From contig MPNC01000003.1 of assembly GCA_002238825.1 (NCBI GenBank), positions 322,732 to 386,731 of the forward strand: a DNA stretch of 64,000 nucleotides. Direction: 5' to 3'. Under the pieces are notes generated by a model. The model was not told where the DNA came from. It did not search any database and saw only the letters and a program-made list of their open reading frames with translations. Below are positions 17,615 to 26,152 of the stretch, one piece after another (position 1 is the stretch's first letter; each line of letters begins with the position of its first letter). Made by a program: the position numbers and the translations under genes. The stretch comes from SAR202 cluster bacterium bin87 (GTDB lineage Bacteria > Chloroflexota > Dehalococcoidia > Lucifugimonadales > UBA3495).

Positions 17615-18865
17615 ATGTCGGTACACGGAAGCAGTTCCAACTCGGTGGAAGAGCGGCAGTACGACGTGGCCATCGTCGGCGGCGGTATCATCGGGTTGTC
17701 CACGGCCATGCAGTTGCTGGAACGTTCGCCGAGCCTGAACGTGGCGGTGATCGAGAAAGAGGAGCAGTTGGCCCAGCACCAGACGGGTCACAACAGCGGC
17801 GTCATCCACTCCGGCATCTACTACCGGCCCGGGTCGTGGAAGTCGCGGTTCTGCGTGGGCGGAAAGGACCGGCTGATCCGGTTCTGCGACGAGAACGAGA
17901 TCGAATACGATCCCTGTGGAAAGGTCATCGTGGCGACCCATGAGAGTGAACTGGGCCGCCTGGATGACCTGTACGAGCGCGGCGTCGCCAACGGCGTGCC
18001 CGACCTCGAGATGGTGGGACCCGAGCGCCTGAAGGAGATCGAGCCTCACACCATTGGCGTGCAGGCGTTGTGGGCTCCGCACACCGGCATCGTTGACTAC
18101 GTGCGCGTCGCCAACGCCTACGGGGGCAAGTTCCAGTCCGCGGGGGGCGATATCTTCACCGGAGCCGCGGTGATACGGTCGCGTCAGACCGGGTCCGGCA
18201 CCGCCCTGGAGACGGAGCGCGGCGCCGTGCAGGCGCGGCACGTGATCAACTGCGGCGGCCTGTACGCGGACAAGCTGGCCCGGATGATGGGCGAGGAAAC
18301 CGACGTGCGCATCATCCCGTTCCGAGGGGAGTACTACAAGCTGACCCAGGCCAGCGAAGACCTGGTGAAGGGCTTGATCTATCCGGTGCCCGACCCGCGG
18401 TTCCCGTTCCTGGGCGTGCACTATACGCGCAATATCCACGGCTACGTGGAGGCCGGCCCCAACGCGGTCCTGGCGTGGGCGCGGGAGGGCTACCACAAGA
18501 GCAACGTCAGCGTTGGAGAAACGGCCGGCGCGCTGACTTTCCCAGGGTTCTGGAAGATGACCGCGCGGCACTGGAAGACGGGCATGAAGGAAATGCACCG
18601 GTCCTACAGCAAGTCCGTGTTCGTCAACGACCTGAAGAAGCTGATCCCTGAGATCCGCGCGGAGCACCTGGAACCGGGCGGCAGCGGCGTGCGCGCGCAG
18701 GCCGTGTCCACGTCGGGCGCCATCCTGGACGACTTCCACATCCTGCGGGGACAGCGGGCGCTGCACGTGCTGAACGCGCCGTCGCCGGGCGCTACGTCGT
18801 CGCTGGCCATCGGCGAATACCTGACGGACATGGCGGTTGAGGACTTCGGCCTCGCCGTGCGCTGA
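17615..18865 (+). CDS. lhgO: L-2-hydroxyglutarate oxidase-like FAD-dependent oxidoreductase
   Basis: YDVAIVGGGIIGLSTA...HQTGHNSGVIHSGIYY... AGGAG RBS before the ATG at 17615; the long upstream extension in the ORF track is unlikely. Confidence 0.8.
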   Translation: MSVHGSSSNSVEERQYDVAIVGGGIIGLSTAMQLLERSPSLNVAVIEKEEQLAQHQTGHNSGVIHSGIYYRPGSWKSRFCVGGKDRLIRFCDENEIEYDPCGKVIVATHESELGRLDDLYERGVANGVPDLEMVGPERLKEIEPHTIGVQALWAPHTGIVDYVRVANAYGGKFQSAGGDIFTGAAVIRSRQTGSGTALETERGAVQARHVINCGGLYADKLARMMGEETDVRIIPFRGEYYKLTQASEDLVKGLIYPVPDPRFPFLGVHYTRNIHGYVEAGPNAVLAWAREGYHKSNVSVGETAGALTFPGFWKMTARHWKTGMKEMHRSYSKSVFVNDLKKLIPEIRAEHLEPGGSGVRAQAVSTSGAILDDFHILRGQRALHVLNAPSPGATSSLAIGEYLTDMAVEDFGLAVR

Positions 18866-18948
18866 GCAGCCGAAAGGCCCGGTTCCAATCCGAGACCAGG
18901 GCTGAGGTCACGGGTATCGGCGGATGCTGCCTGAAACCTGCTCCGAAG

Positions 18949-19093
18949 CCGGGCTTTTTCAAAGATAATCCGTCATTCCTGCACAGGCAGGAACCCAGAA
19001 ACCTCCGCTAATGGAAACGTTCCGGATTCCCGCGAAAGCGGCAATGAAGATCGGGATCGCATGCCACCGTCAGGGACTTTGAAAAGGCCCTGG
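18949..19093. mobile_element. 145-bp MITE with the same termini as 10304-10447 but a different core
   Basis: Termini CCGGGCTTTTTCAAAG / CTTTGAAAAGGCCCTGG. Perfect 9-bp direct repeat GCTCCGAAG at 18940-18948 and 19094-19102. Confidence 0.7.
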
Positions 19094-19251
19094 GCTCCGA
19101 AGCGTCAGCCTGTTACGCCCAACGGGTTTCTGCTATACTTGCGCCCTAGCCGACGAACGCCATCGCACAACGAGAGCCGTGCCGCCGCTGGCAGCAGCCT
19201 GCGGGGGCGATTTTTCGGTTTACTTTCTAAACTATCCGGGAGAACAGGACA

Positions 19252-20538
19252 ATGCCGGCTTATGCCGTAATCGGGGGACAATGGGGCGACGAGGGCAAGG
19301 GCAAAGTTATCGACTACCTTGCCGGTCAGTCCGATTGCGTGGTGCGATACGCCGGCGGGAACAACGCCGGGCACACGGTGGTTAACGAGCGCGGAGAATT
19401 CCAGCTGCACCTGGTCCCTTCCGGCATCTGCTGGCCCGGCGTGACGGGCATCATCGGCAATGGCGTGGTCGTGAATCCCGACGTTCTGCTGGGCGAGATT
19501 GCGGGGCTGCAGGAGCAGGGCATCAACACGGACCAGTTGTTCGTGAGCGATCGGGCCCACGTCATCATGCCCTACCACATCCTGCTCGACGAGCTGCAGG
19601 AGAAGGCCCGCGGTCGCGGGGCCATCGGCACCACCGGACAGGGCATCGGGCCGGCCTACGTGGACAAAGCCTCCCGAGACGGCATTCGCGTGGGGGACCT
19701 GCTCGACACCAAGCACCTGCCGGATCGCGTCAACGCCGCCGTGGCGATGAAGAACCGTGTCATAATCGGTGTTTTCGATGGCGAACCCGTGGATGCAGCC
19801 GAGGTGCTGTCCAAGTGCCAGGAGTGGGGCGAAAAGCTGCGCCCCCAGGTACGCGCCACCGAGCAGATGGTGCAGGACCTGCTGGACCAGGGCAAACGGG
19901 TGCTCCTGGAAGGGGCCCAGGGAACGCTGCTGGACGTTGACCACGGATCCTACCCCTACGTGACGTCTTCCTCGCCGTCCATCGGCGGGGCGATCACCGG
20001 ACTGGGCATCAACCCGCAGTCGATAGAGGGCGTGGTCGGCGTATTCAAGGCCTACTCGACCCGGGTGGGTGGAGGGCCCATGCCCACCGAGATGGACGGC
20101 CAGGCTGGCGATGACCTGCGCGAGAAAGCCCACGAGTACGGCACCACCACCGGTCGGCCGAGGCGGGTGGGTTGGTTCGACTCCGTCGCGGCTCGGTACA
20201 GCCGTCAAATCAACGGTTTCACGGGCATAGTGCTAACCCGCCTGGACATCCTGGACGGCATGCCGGAGGTCAAAATCTGCGTGGGATACCGCGCGGACGG
20301 TAAGGATCTGGACCGGTTCCCGGCGAATACCACTCTGCTGGAGCGGTGCGAACCCGTTTACGAAAAGATGCCGGGATGGATGGAACCCACGGCCAGCGCA
20401 ACCCGCGCCGAGCAATTGCCAGCCAACGCTCTGGCATATGTGAAGCGGATCGAGTCTCTTGTGGGTTGCGATGCGCAGATCATTTCTACCGGACCCAGTC
20501 GCGAAGAAACCATAGCAATCGAACAGATCATTCGGTAG
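19252..20538 (+). CDS. purA: Adenylosuccinate synthase
   Basis: GGQWGDEGKGKVIDYL...GGNNAGHTV...TTGRPRR.GW motifs, full length. Confidence 0.95.
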   Translation: MPAYAVIGGQWGDEGKGKVIDYLAGQSDCVVRYAGGNNAGHTVVNERGEFQLHLVPSGICWPGVTGIIGNGVVVNPDVLLGEIAGLQEQGINTDQLFVSDRAHVIMPYHILLDELQEKARGRGAIGTTGQGIGPAYVDKASRDGIRVGDLLDTKHLPDRVNAAVAMKNRVIIGVFDGEPVDAAEVLSKCQEWGEKLRPQVRATEQMVQDLLDQGKRVLLEGAQGTLLDVDHGSYPYVTSSSPSIGGAITGLGINPQSIEGVVGVFKAYSTRVGGGPMPTEMDGQAGDDLREKAHEYGTTTGRPRRVGWFDSVAARYSRQINGFTGIVLTRLDILDGMPEVKICVGYRADGKDLDRFPANTTLLERCEPVYEKMPGWMEPTASATRAEQLPANALAYVKRIESLVGCDAQIISTGPSREETIAIEQIIR

Positions 20539-20624
20539 CATATTTAACAATTTCGTAATAACATTGTGCCCGCAGCGTCGCCTGCCTGATGGAGGTGAAA
20601 TAACTAGCTGTAGAGGAGAATGTT

Positions 20625-21092
20625 ATGGCCACAAATAACGCAACCCCGGCGGATACGTCCATCTTTGGCCGTATTTTCGTGCGATTCACCGACGAGTTCT
20701 ACTTACTGTTCAGGCTCATTTTCGCCTTCCTTGTCGCCCTGCACGGGGCGCAGAAGGCATTCCAGATGTGGGGGTTTCCTGCACCGGGAGGCCCAGCCCC
20801 GGACATTGTGTACGTTGCGGGCTGGATTGAGTTCATTTCAGCTCTGCTCATCGGATTCGGTGTGCTGACGCGACTGGGAGCGGGAGCGCTCTGTGTGACG
20901 ATGGTCATCGCGTATTTCATGATGCACTTCCCCAACGGCATTGCTCCACACATCTATCCCGCTGAGGGCGGTTTCGTCGCCACCGGCGGCGAGGTTCCGA
21001 TCCTCTGGTTCGCCATCGCCGGCATCATCGGTATCATGGGCAGCCGGAAGTACGGGCTGGAACGCCTGATCCTCAAGAAAGAAATCCTCTAA
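20625..21092 (+). CDS. DoxX family membrane protein
   Basis: Four TM helices. ...LLFRLIFAFLVALHGAQK... is a typical DoxX N-terminus. Confidence 0.8.
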   Translation: MATNNATPADTSIFGRIFVRFTDEFYLLFRLIFAFLVALHGAQKAFQMWGFPAPGGPAPDIVYVAGWIEFISALLIGFGVLTRLGAGALCVTMVIAYFMMHFPNGIAPHIYPAEGGFVATGGEVPILWFAIAGIIGIMGSRKYGLERLILKKEIL

Positions 21093-21164
21093 CCGGGACA
21101 CATCTCAACACCAAACTCACACTGACCGCCCGGCGTCCCCCGCGACGCCGGGCAAAGAGTAGCC

Positions 21165-21398
21165 ATGATGCAGCAACAAGCAGCGCGCTTCGGTATATAC
21201 TTCAACTCCTCCCAGAACCAGGTGGTGCGGATCAATTCGCCCTACTGGTTCCCGCCGGAGCCGGACTGGCAGAAGGTCACCGGCGAGGTGAACGCCACCC
21301 TGCTGGACCTGCGGCGGATGATTGGGGAGCAGGGTCTGTCGTCAGATCCGGACGGAGTGTCCTGGACCACCCTGCCGTTGTTGGACGAAGACAACTAG
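21165..21398 (+). CDS. Hypothetical small protein (77 aa)
   Basis: ORF with coding-like composition, 6 nt upstream of the next gene. No family recognised. Confidence 0.5.
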   Translation: MMQQQAARFGIYFNSSQNQVVRINSPYWFPPEPDWQKVTGEVNATLLDLRRMIGEQGLSSDPDGVSWTTLPLLDEDN

Positions 21399-21404
21399 CC
21401 GGCC

Positions 21405-21929
21405 ATGGCCTCGGAGCAGCCGGGAGCCGAACCGGAACCGGCGCCCGAGACGGAAATCTGGGCCCGTCCGCCCGGATGGCGCGGGCGGATGATGGCCGCC
21501 AACCCCGAGCAGGCCCGCCGCTGGATGCGATGGGCCTGGGTGTGCGGTCTGGTGTGGTGGGTGTGGACGACGGGAGTGCTGTTCGTGTGGATGGCTGCGC
21601 CTGTCCTGGCGGTGTCCGAAGTCGAGGGCACCGCGCCGGCGATACCACCAGCGAAGCTGATGATCTATTACGGCGCTGAAGCGTTCGTGATTGCCCTGCT
21701 GGCGCTGGGAGTGATGCGGCGCTGGAGGCCGGCGGCCATCCTGCTGACGGCGGGCTTCGTCGTGTCCCGCATCGTGCTCATCATGATGGGACTGATAACT
21801 CTGGACGGTTTCCGCGATGCGATCTGGCTGGCCATATACGGGGGCCTGCTGTTCGCCTTCGTCAGGGGCGTGCAGGGCGCGTACAGTTATCATTGGTTCA
21901 CTCGCCCGCCGTTGCCGGATCAGCAGTAG
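21405..21929 (+). CDS. Hypothetical integral membrane protein
   Basis: Four predicted TM helices after a proline/acidic N-terminus. Confidence 0.6.
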   Translation: MASEQPGAEPEPAPETEIWARPPGWRGRMMAANPEQARRWMRWAWVCGLVWWVWTTGVLFVWMAAPVLAVSEVEGTAPAIPPAKLMIYYGAEAFVIALLALGVMRRWRPAAILLTAGFVVSRIVLIMMGLITLDGFRDAIWLAIYGGLLFAFVRGVQGAYSYHWFTRPPLPDQQ

Positions 21930-22009
21930 TTGATCGCGGCCACGATACTGAAAGGGGGCGGGTTGAATACCCGCCCCCTTCGCTGGTGATCGGTCCGGCT
22001 GAGCTCGTG

Positions 22010-23164
22010 TCAGCTGCCGTTGAAGGACGGCATCACGTCCTGGGCGAACCGGGAGAGCTGGTCCTTGAAGACCTCACGGGGCATGCCCATGACCGAACCG
22101 AGATTGACCCGCTCCACGCCGGGGTATCGCGCCTCGTCTTCCTTGAGCGCGTTGGCGATATCGTCCGCCGAGCCGCAGAGCCACGCGCCGCTCTCCACGG
22201 CTTCCTCCAGCGTGGGAAGCTTCACGCCGCGGCGCAGGCCGGGGTTTGCCACAGCCTCGATCTGGTCCTGTTCCAGGCGCATCAGACCCAGAGGGGCGGC
22301 GAATTTCATCGCTTCCTCAAAGTAGGGTTTGGCCTCCTTGATGGCCTGCTCCCGGTTGGCGCCGATGAAGAAGCGGTAGCCCAACGCGATGTCCTCGCCC
22401 AAGGCCAGCTCCCGGCCGTATTTGGCGGCGGCCTCCTGGTACATTGTCAGCCGCTCGTGCCGGGCCGGCTCCGGCGTGTTGGCAACCATCGCCTTGATGC
22501 CGATGCGGGCCATGAAATCTACGCCCTTGGGGTTGCCGGAGACCAGGGGCTGCCAGATGTCCACGGGCTGTCGCAGGGGTCGCGGCACGAGGCTCAGCTT
22601 CTCCAGGGTGTAGCCGCGATAGGGCACCTTGGCCGGTATCTGGTAGTGCTTGCCCTCGTGGGAGAAGGCTTCTTCGTTGAATGCCTTGACCATGACCTCG
22701 ACCTGCTCTTCGAACAGCTCGCGGTTGGCGTCGCCGTCGAACATCGGCGAGCCGAAGGTCTCAACCTCGCGGGAGTGGTAGCCGCGGCCCACGCCGAAGA
22801 CGATGCGCCCGCCGGACAGGATGTCGGCCATGGCGAAGTCCTCCGCCAGGCGCAGCGGGTGCCACATGGGCGTGATGTTGAAGCCGCAGCCGTACTTCAG
22901 GCGCTTGGTGTTGCACGCCAGGTACAGTCCCAGCATGATCAGGTTGGGGATGCACTCGTACCCTTCGGGCTGGAAGTGGTGCTCGGCCATCCAGAACTCG
23001 TCGTAGCCGTTGTCCTCCAGGTGCCTGGAAATGTCCAGGGCCCAGTCGAACACCTCGGCCAACTGCTCGTTGGAGTACCAGCGGTCGTTGGCGGGAGTCC
23101 CTTCCAGGCCCAGGTCGTTGTCCACCACGTGGCCGGCATAGGATGCGCTAAAGCTTTTGAACAT
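22010..23164 (-). CDS. LLM-class flavin-dependent oxidoreductase
   Basis: ...GYDEFWMAEHHFQPEGYE...LRLAEDFAMADILSGGRIVFGVGRGY... Confidence 0.85.
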   Translation of the reverse strand: MFKSFSASYAGHVVDNDLGLEGTPANDRWYSNEQLAEVFDWALDISRHLEDNGYDEFWMAEHHFQPEGYECIPNLIMLGLYLACNTKRLKYGCGFNITPMWHPLRLAEDFAMADILSGGRIVFGVGRGYHSREVETFGSPMFDGDANRELFEEQVEVMVKAFNEEAFSHEGKHYQIPAKVPYRGYTLEKLSLVPRPLRQPVDIWQPLVSGNPKGVDFMARIGIKAMVANTPEPARHERLTMYQEAAAKYGRELALGEDIALGYRFFIGANREQAIKEAKPYFEEAMKFAAPLGLMRLEQDQIEAVANPGLRRGVKLPTLEEAVESGAWLCGSADDIANALKEDEARYPGVERVNLGSVMGMPREVFKDQLSRFAQDVMPSFNGS

Positions 23165-23393
23165 GGTTCGGTTCCCTCGTTACGGTTTTCTCAACGGGAT
23201 TCTTCGGTCATCAATTGTACTGCATTTCGCCGCCCACCGGGTTTGACGCCCGGGCCGCGCCGGGCAATCGCGTCTCAATCAGCGATGGCGCCGGAGTTGA
23301 GATTGGCAGCAGTGAACGGTGATTCTTACCGGGATAAACAGGATGGACGGGATATTTCGACGCGGGTTGTTTTGAGTAACGGGAGGGTTCCCG

Positions 23394-23603
23394 GCTCACG
23401 CGTACCCAGTATCTGCAATCCTGTCGTTGCGAGCGAGCACGTCCCCGCTTTCCGCAGCCTGTCATTGAGAGCGAGCAGTCCCCGCATTCCGCGGCTTGTC
23501 ATTGCGAGCGAAGCGCGGCAATCTCGTTGGGGCAAGAAACGCTACTGCGGGAACGAGATCGCCACGTCGCTGCGCTCCTCGCGATGACAGGATGGGTACG
23601 CTG
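23394..23603. repeat. Composite repeat: CTCACGCGTACCC-type terminus enclosing tandem half-hairpins and a full GTCATTGCGAGCGAAGCGCGGCAATCTCG...CTCCTCGCGATGAC hairpin
   Basis: Shares termini with the 242-bp family and its core with 28541-28695 and 46536-46675. An adjacent fragment at 23326-23352 matches the GGATAAACAGGATG end of the 242-bp element. Confidence 0.6.
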
Positions 23604-23835
23604 GATGGCAGAAATGGTACGAGTGGGGAGGTTCTGGGACCTCCGGGCGTGAAGATGTCTGCGCGTTATGGCTTGCGTGCATGCAATCCAGAGCCTTGTA
23701 TCCCATTTATTGAAGACGCGATTGCCCGGCCTCGCGGCGCCGGCACAGGGGGCAATACCCGCCGTGATGCTTCGGCGTCGATCGACAGGATCGGCAGGCT
23801 CCATTGACGGGAAGGAGCGGTGGCGGAGAAGGTCG

Positions 23836-24726
23836 CTACCGGGTCCGCCGCAGCCTGGGGTCGAGGGTGTCGCGCAGCCAGTCGCCGAAGAAGTTCATGG
23901 CCATGACCACGATGGTGATCGCCAGCCCGGGGAACAGCGCCAACCACCAGATTTCGAAGATCTGGTCACGTCCCTCCGAGACCATGATGCCCCAGGCCGG
24001 GTCGCCGGGCGGCACGCCCACACCGAGGAAGCTCAGTGAGGCCTCCAGCAGGATGGTCTGGCCCACCAGGAGGCTGATCACGATCAGCACCGTGTTGATC
24101 ACGTTGGGGAAGATGTGCCGCCACATGATCACCGGAGGCGAAACGCCGGCCACGATGGCCAGGGTCACGAAGTCACGTTCCTTGATGCTCAGCACCTCGC
24201 CCCGGGCCTGGCGGGCAAACCTCGCCCACACCGTGGCGGCCACGGCGATAATCACGTTGCCGATTCCAGCGCCGCCGGCGATAGCCACGATAATCAGCGC
24301 CAGCAGCACTGTGGGGAATCCAAGCACCGCGTCCACCAGGCGCATCAGCACGATGTCAGTGCGGCCCCCGAAGTAGCCGGAGATGACGCCAATGGCGCTG
24401 CCGACCACCGCTCCGGTGCCCAGCGCCACCAGGCTGATGAAAACCGACGTGCGCGCGCCATAAATCAGCCGGCTGAGGATGTCCTTGCCGGACTTGTCGG
24501 TGCCCAGCAGGAACTTGCTGGTTTCGAAGGGAGGAACCTCGCGGTCACGCTTGTTCAGCTGCTCGGGGTCGTGAGGCGCGAGCAGGGGCGCGAAGATCGC
24601 CGCCACCATCAGGAGCCCCAACACGACTATCGGAACCCACGGCAGGCGCATTTCCCGCGTCTTGCGCCAGGCTCGGGATATTTGGCCGGGCTGCGGGGCC
24701 GGTGTTGCCAATTCTTGAGTGGTCAA
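23836..24726 (-). CDS. ABC transporter permease (DppC/OppC-type)
   Basis: N-terminal TM followed by the ...LLGTDKSGKDILSRLIYGARTS... signature of peptide/nickel permeases. Confidence 0.9.
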   Translation of the reverse strand: MTTQELATPAPQPGQISRAWRKTREMRLPWVPIVVLGLLMVAAIFAPLLAPHDPEQLNKRDREVPPFETSKFLLGTDKSGKDILSRLIYGARTSVFISLVALGTGAVVGSAIGVISGYFGGRTDIVLMRLVDAVLGFPTVLLALIIVAIAGGAGIGNVIIAVAATVWARFARQARGEVLSIKERDFVTLAIVAGVSPPVIMWRHIFPNVINTVLIVISLLVGQTILLEASLSFLGVGVPPGDPAWGIMVSEGRDQIFEIWWLALFPGLAITIVVMAMNFFGDWLRDTLDPRLRRTR

Positions 24727-24873
24727 GGTCGGGTGCTCCTTGAGGGGCGTATCCAGAGAGTTGCGGAATTTTGCTGCTCATGCAGGCCGGTTGACAGGCC
24801 CTCGCCTCGAAACGGATGTTGCTGGCTGAACCACCGTTGGCAGCATGCGGCAATCGGGTGGGGCGTCGAACGG

Positions 24874-25812
24874 CTATCCGTACCTGATCCGGGGGTCCAC
24901 GTACGCGTAGGCGATGTCCACCAGGGTCGACATCACGATGTACAGGAAGCCGGATACCAGGATGGTCGCCTCGATGATCGGAACGTCGCGGGTGCGGATC
25001 CCTTCCAGCATCAACAGTCCCAGGCCAGGCCAGTTGAAGATAACCTCCACGACGATGGAGCCGTTGAGCAGGCCGGCAAAGCTGATGCCGCCGAAGGTCA
25101 GCACCGGGATTACTGCGTTTTTCAGTGCGTGCTTGAAGATCACCAGTTGTTCCGCCAGGCCCTTGACCCGAGCGAACTTGACATATTCGCTGTCCAGCAC
25201 TTCCAGCATCGCCGAGCGGGTCAGCCGCATGAAACCGGCCATGGTGAACACCGCAATGGAGAAGGCGGGAATCACGAAGTAGCGGGGGTCAAGACCCTCC
25301 TTGCCGAATACGGGCAGCAGGTTCAACTCCACCGCGAACACCCACATCAGGATGATCGCCAGCCAGAACTGTGGCATCGACATGCCCAGTATGGCGAAGG
25401 TTTTGCCCAGTTTGTCCAGGAAACTGTCCCGTTTGACCGCCGATAAGATGCCCAGCGGGATCCCGATAACCACCGCAATGAACAGGGCCGCGATGGCCAA
25501 CTGCACGGTGTTGGGAACGCGTTCCAGCACCAGTTGGCTGGTGGGCAGCCGCTTGTTGTAGGAACGTCCGAAATCGCCGACCAGGATGTTGCCCAGATAG
25601 TCGAAATAACGGATGATCACGGGCCGGTCCAGGCCCAGGTTCTCGCGTATGGCCTGGATCTCCTCGGGACGGGCGTCGCCCGGGGCCATCGCCAGCGCAG
25701 CGTCGCCGGTGAGGTCGGTGCCAAAGAAAACGGCGGCGCTCAGCACCACCAGTGTAGCAATTGCCTGGATGATTCGGAACAGGATGAAGCGTGCCAAAAA
25801 GGTCGCCTCCAA
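24874..25812 (-). CDS. ABC transporter permease (DppB/OppB-type)
   Basis: FILFRIIQAIATLVVLSAAVFF...DPRIRY C-terminus. EAA-loop region present. Confidence 0.9.
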   Translation of the reverse strand: MEATFLARFILFRIIQAIATLVVLSAAVFFGTDLTGDAALAMAPGDARPEEIQAIRENLGLDRPVIIRYFDYLGNILVGDFGRSYNKRLPTSQLVLERVPNTVQLAIAALFIAVVIGIPLGILSAVKRDSFLDKLGKTFAILGMSMPQFWLAIILMWVFAVELNLLPVFGKEGLDPRYFVIPAFSIAVFTMAGFMRLTRSAMLEVLDSEYVKFARVKGLAEQLVIFKHALKNAVIPVLTFGGISFAGLLNGSIVVEVIFNWPGLGLLMLEGIRTRDVPIIEATILVSGFLYIVMSTLVDIAYAYVDPRIRYG

Positions 25813-25879
25813 GGGTCAAAAATTAGTCCGCCGGGGATTATAGCAGATACGTTGTGCCTGACGGCCGGCCCGACGTTTC

Positions 25880-26039
25880 GTAACTGTTCAGAGTTGCTGG
25901 GGAGGTGTCATTGCGAACGCAGCGCAGCAATCTCGTTGGCTCGGGGGAGTCCTTCAGGGCAGACGTTGCTGCTGCGATATCGAGATTGCCACGGCGCAAG
26001 CGCGGCGCAATAACAACCTCCTGAAATCTGAACAGTTAC
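25880..26039. mobile_element. 160-bp MITE, copy 1 (TIR GTAACTGTTCAGA / TCTGAACAGTTAC; inner hairpin GTCATTGCGA...)
   Basis: Perfect 8-bp TSD GACGTTTC at 25872-25879 and 26040-26047. Located between the SBP and permease genes. Confidence 0.8.
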
Positions 26040-26152
26040 GACGTTTCGAAGGGATTGCGCCGCGGCTACGGCCGGTAACCGAATCTGTGGGGGCGAGTCA
26101 TTTGACCCGCCCCCACGTCGACTGCGATGCCGCCGGTGCGGTCAACCGCCGT

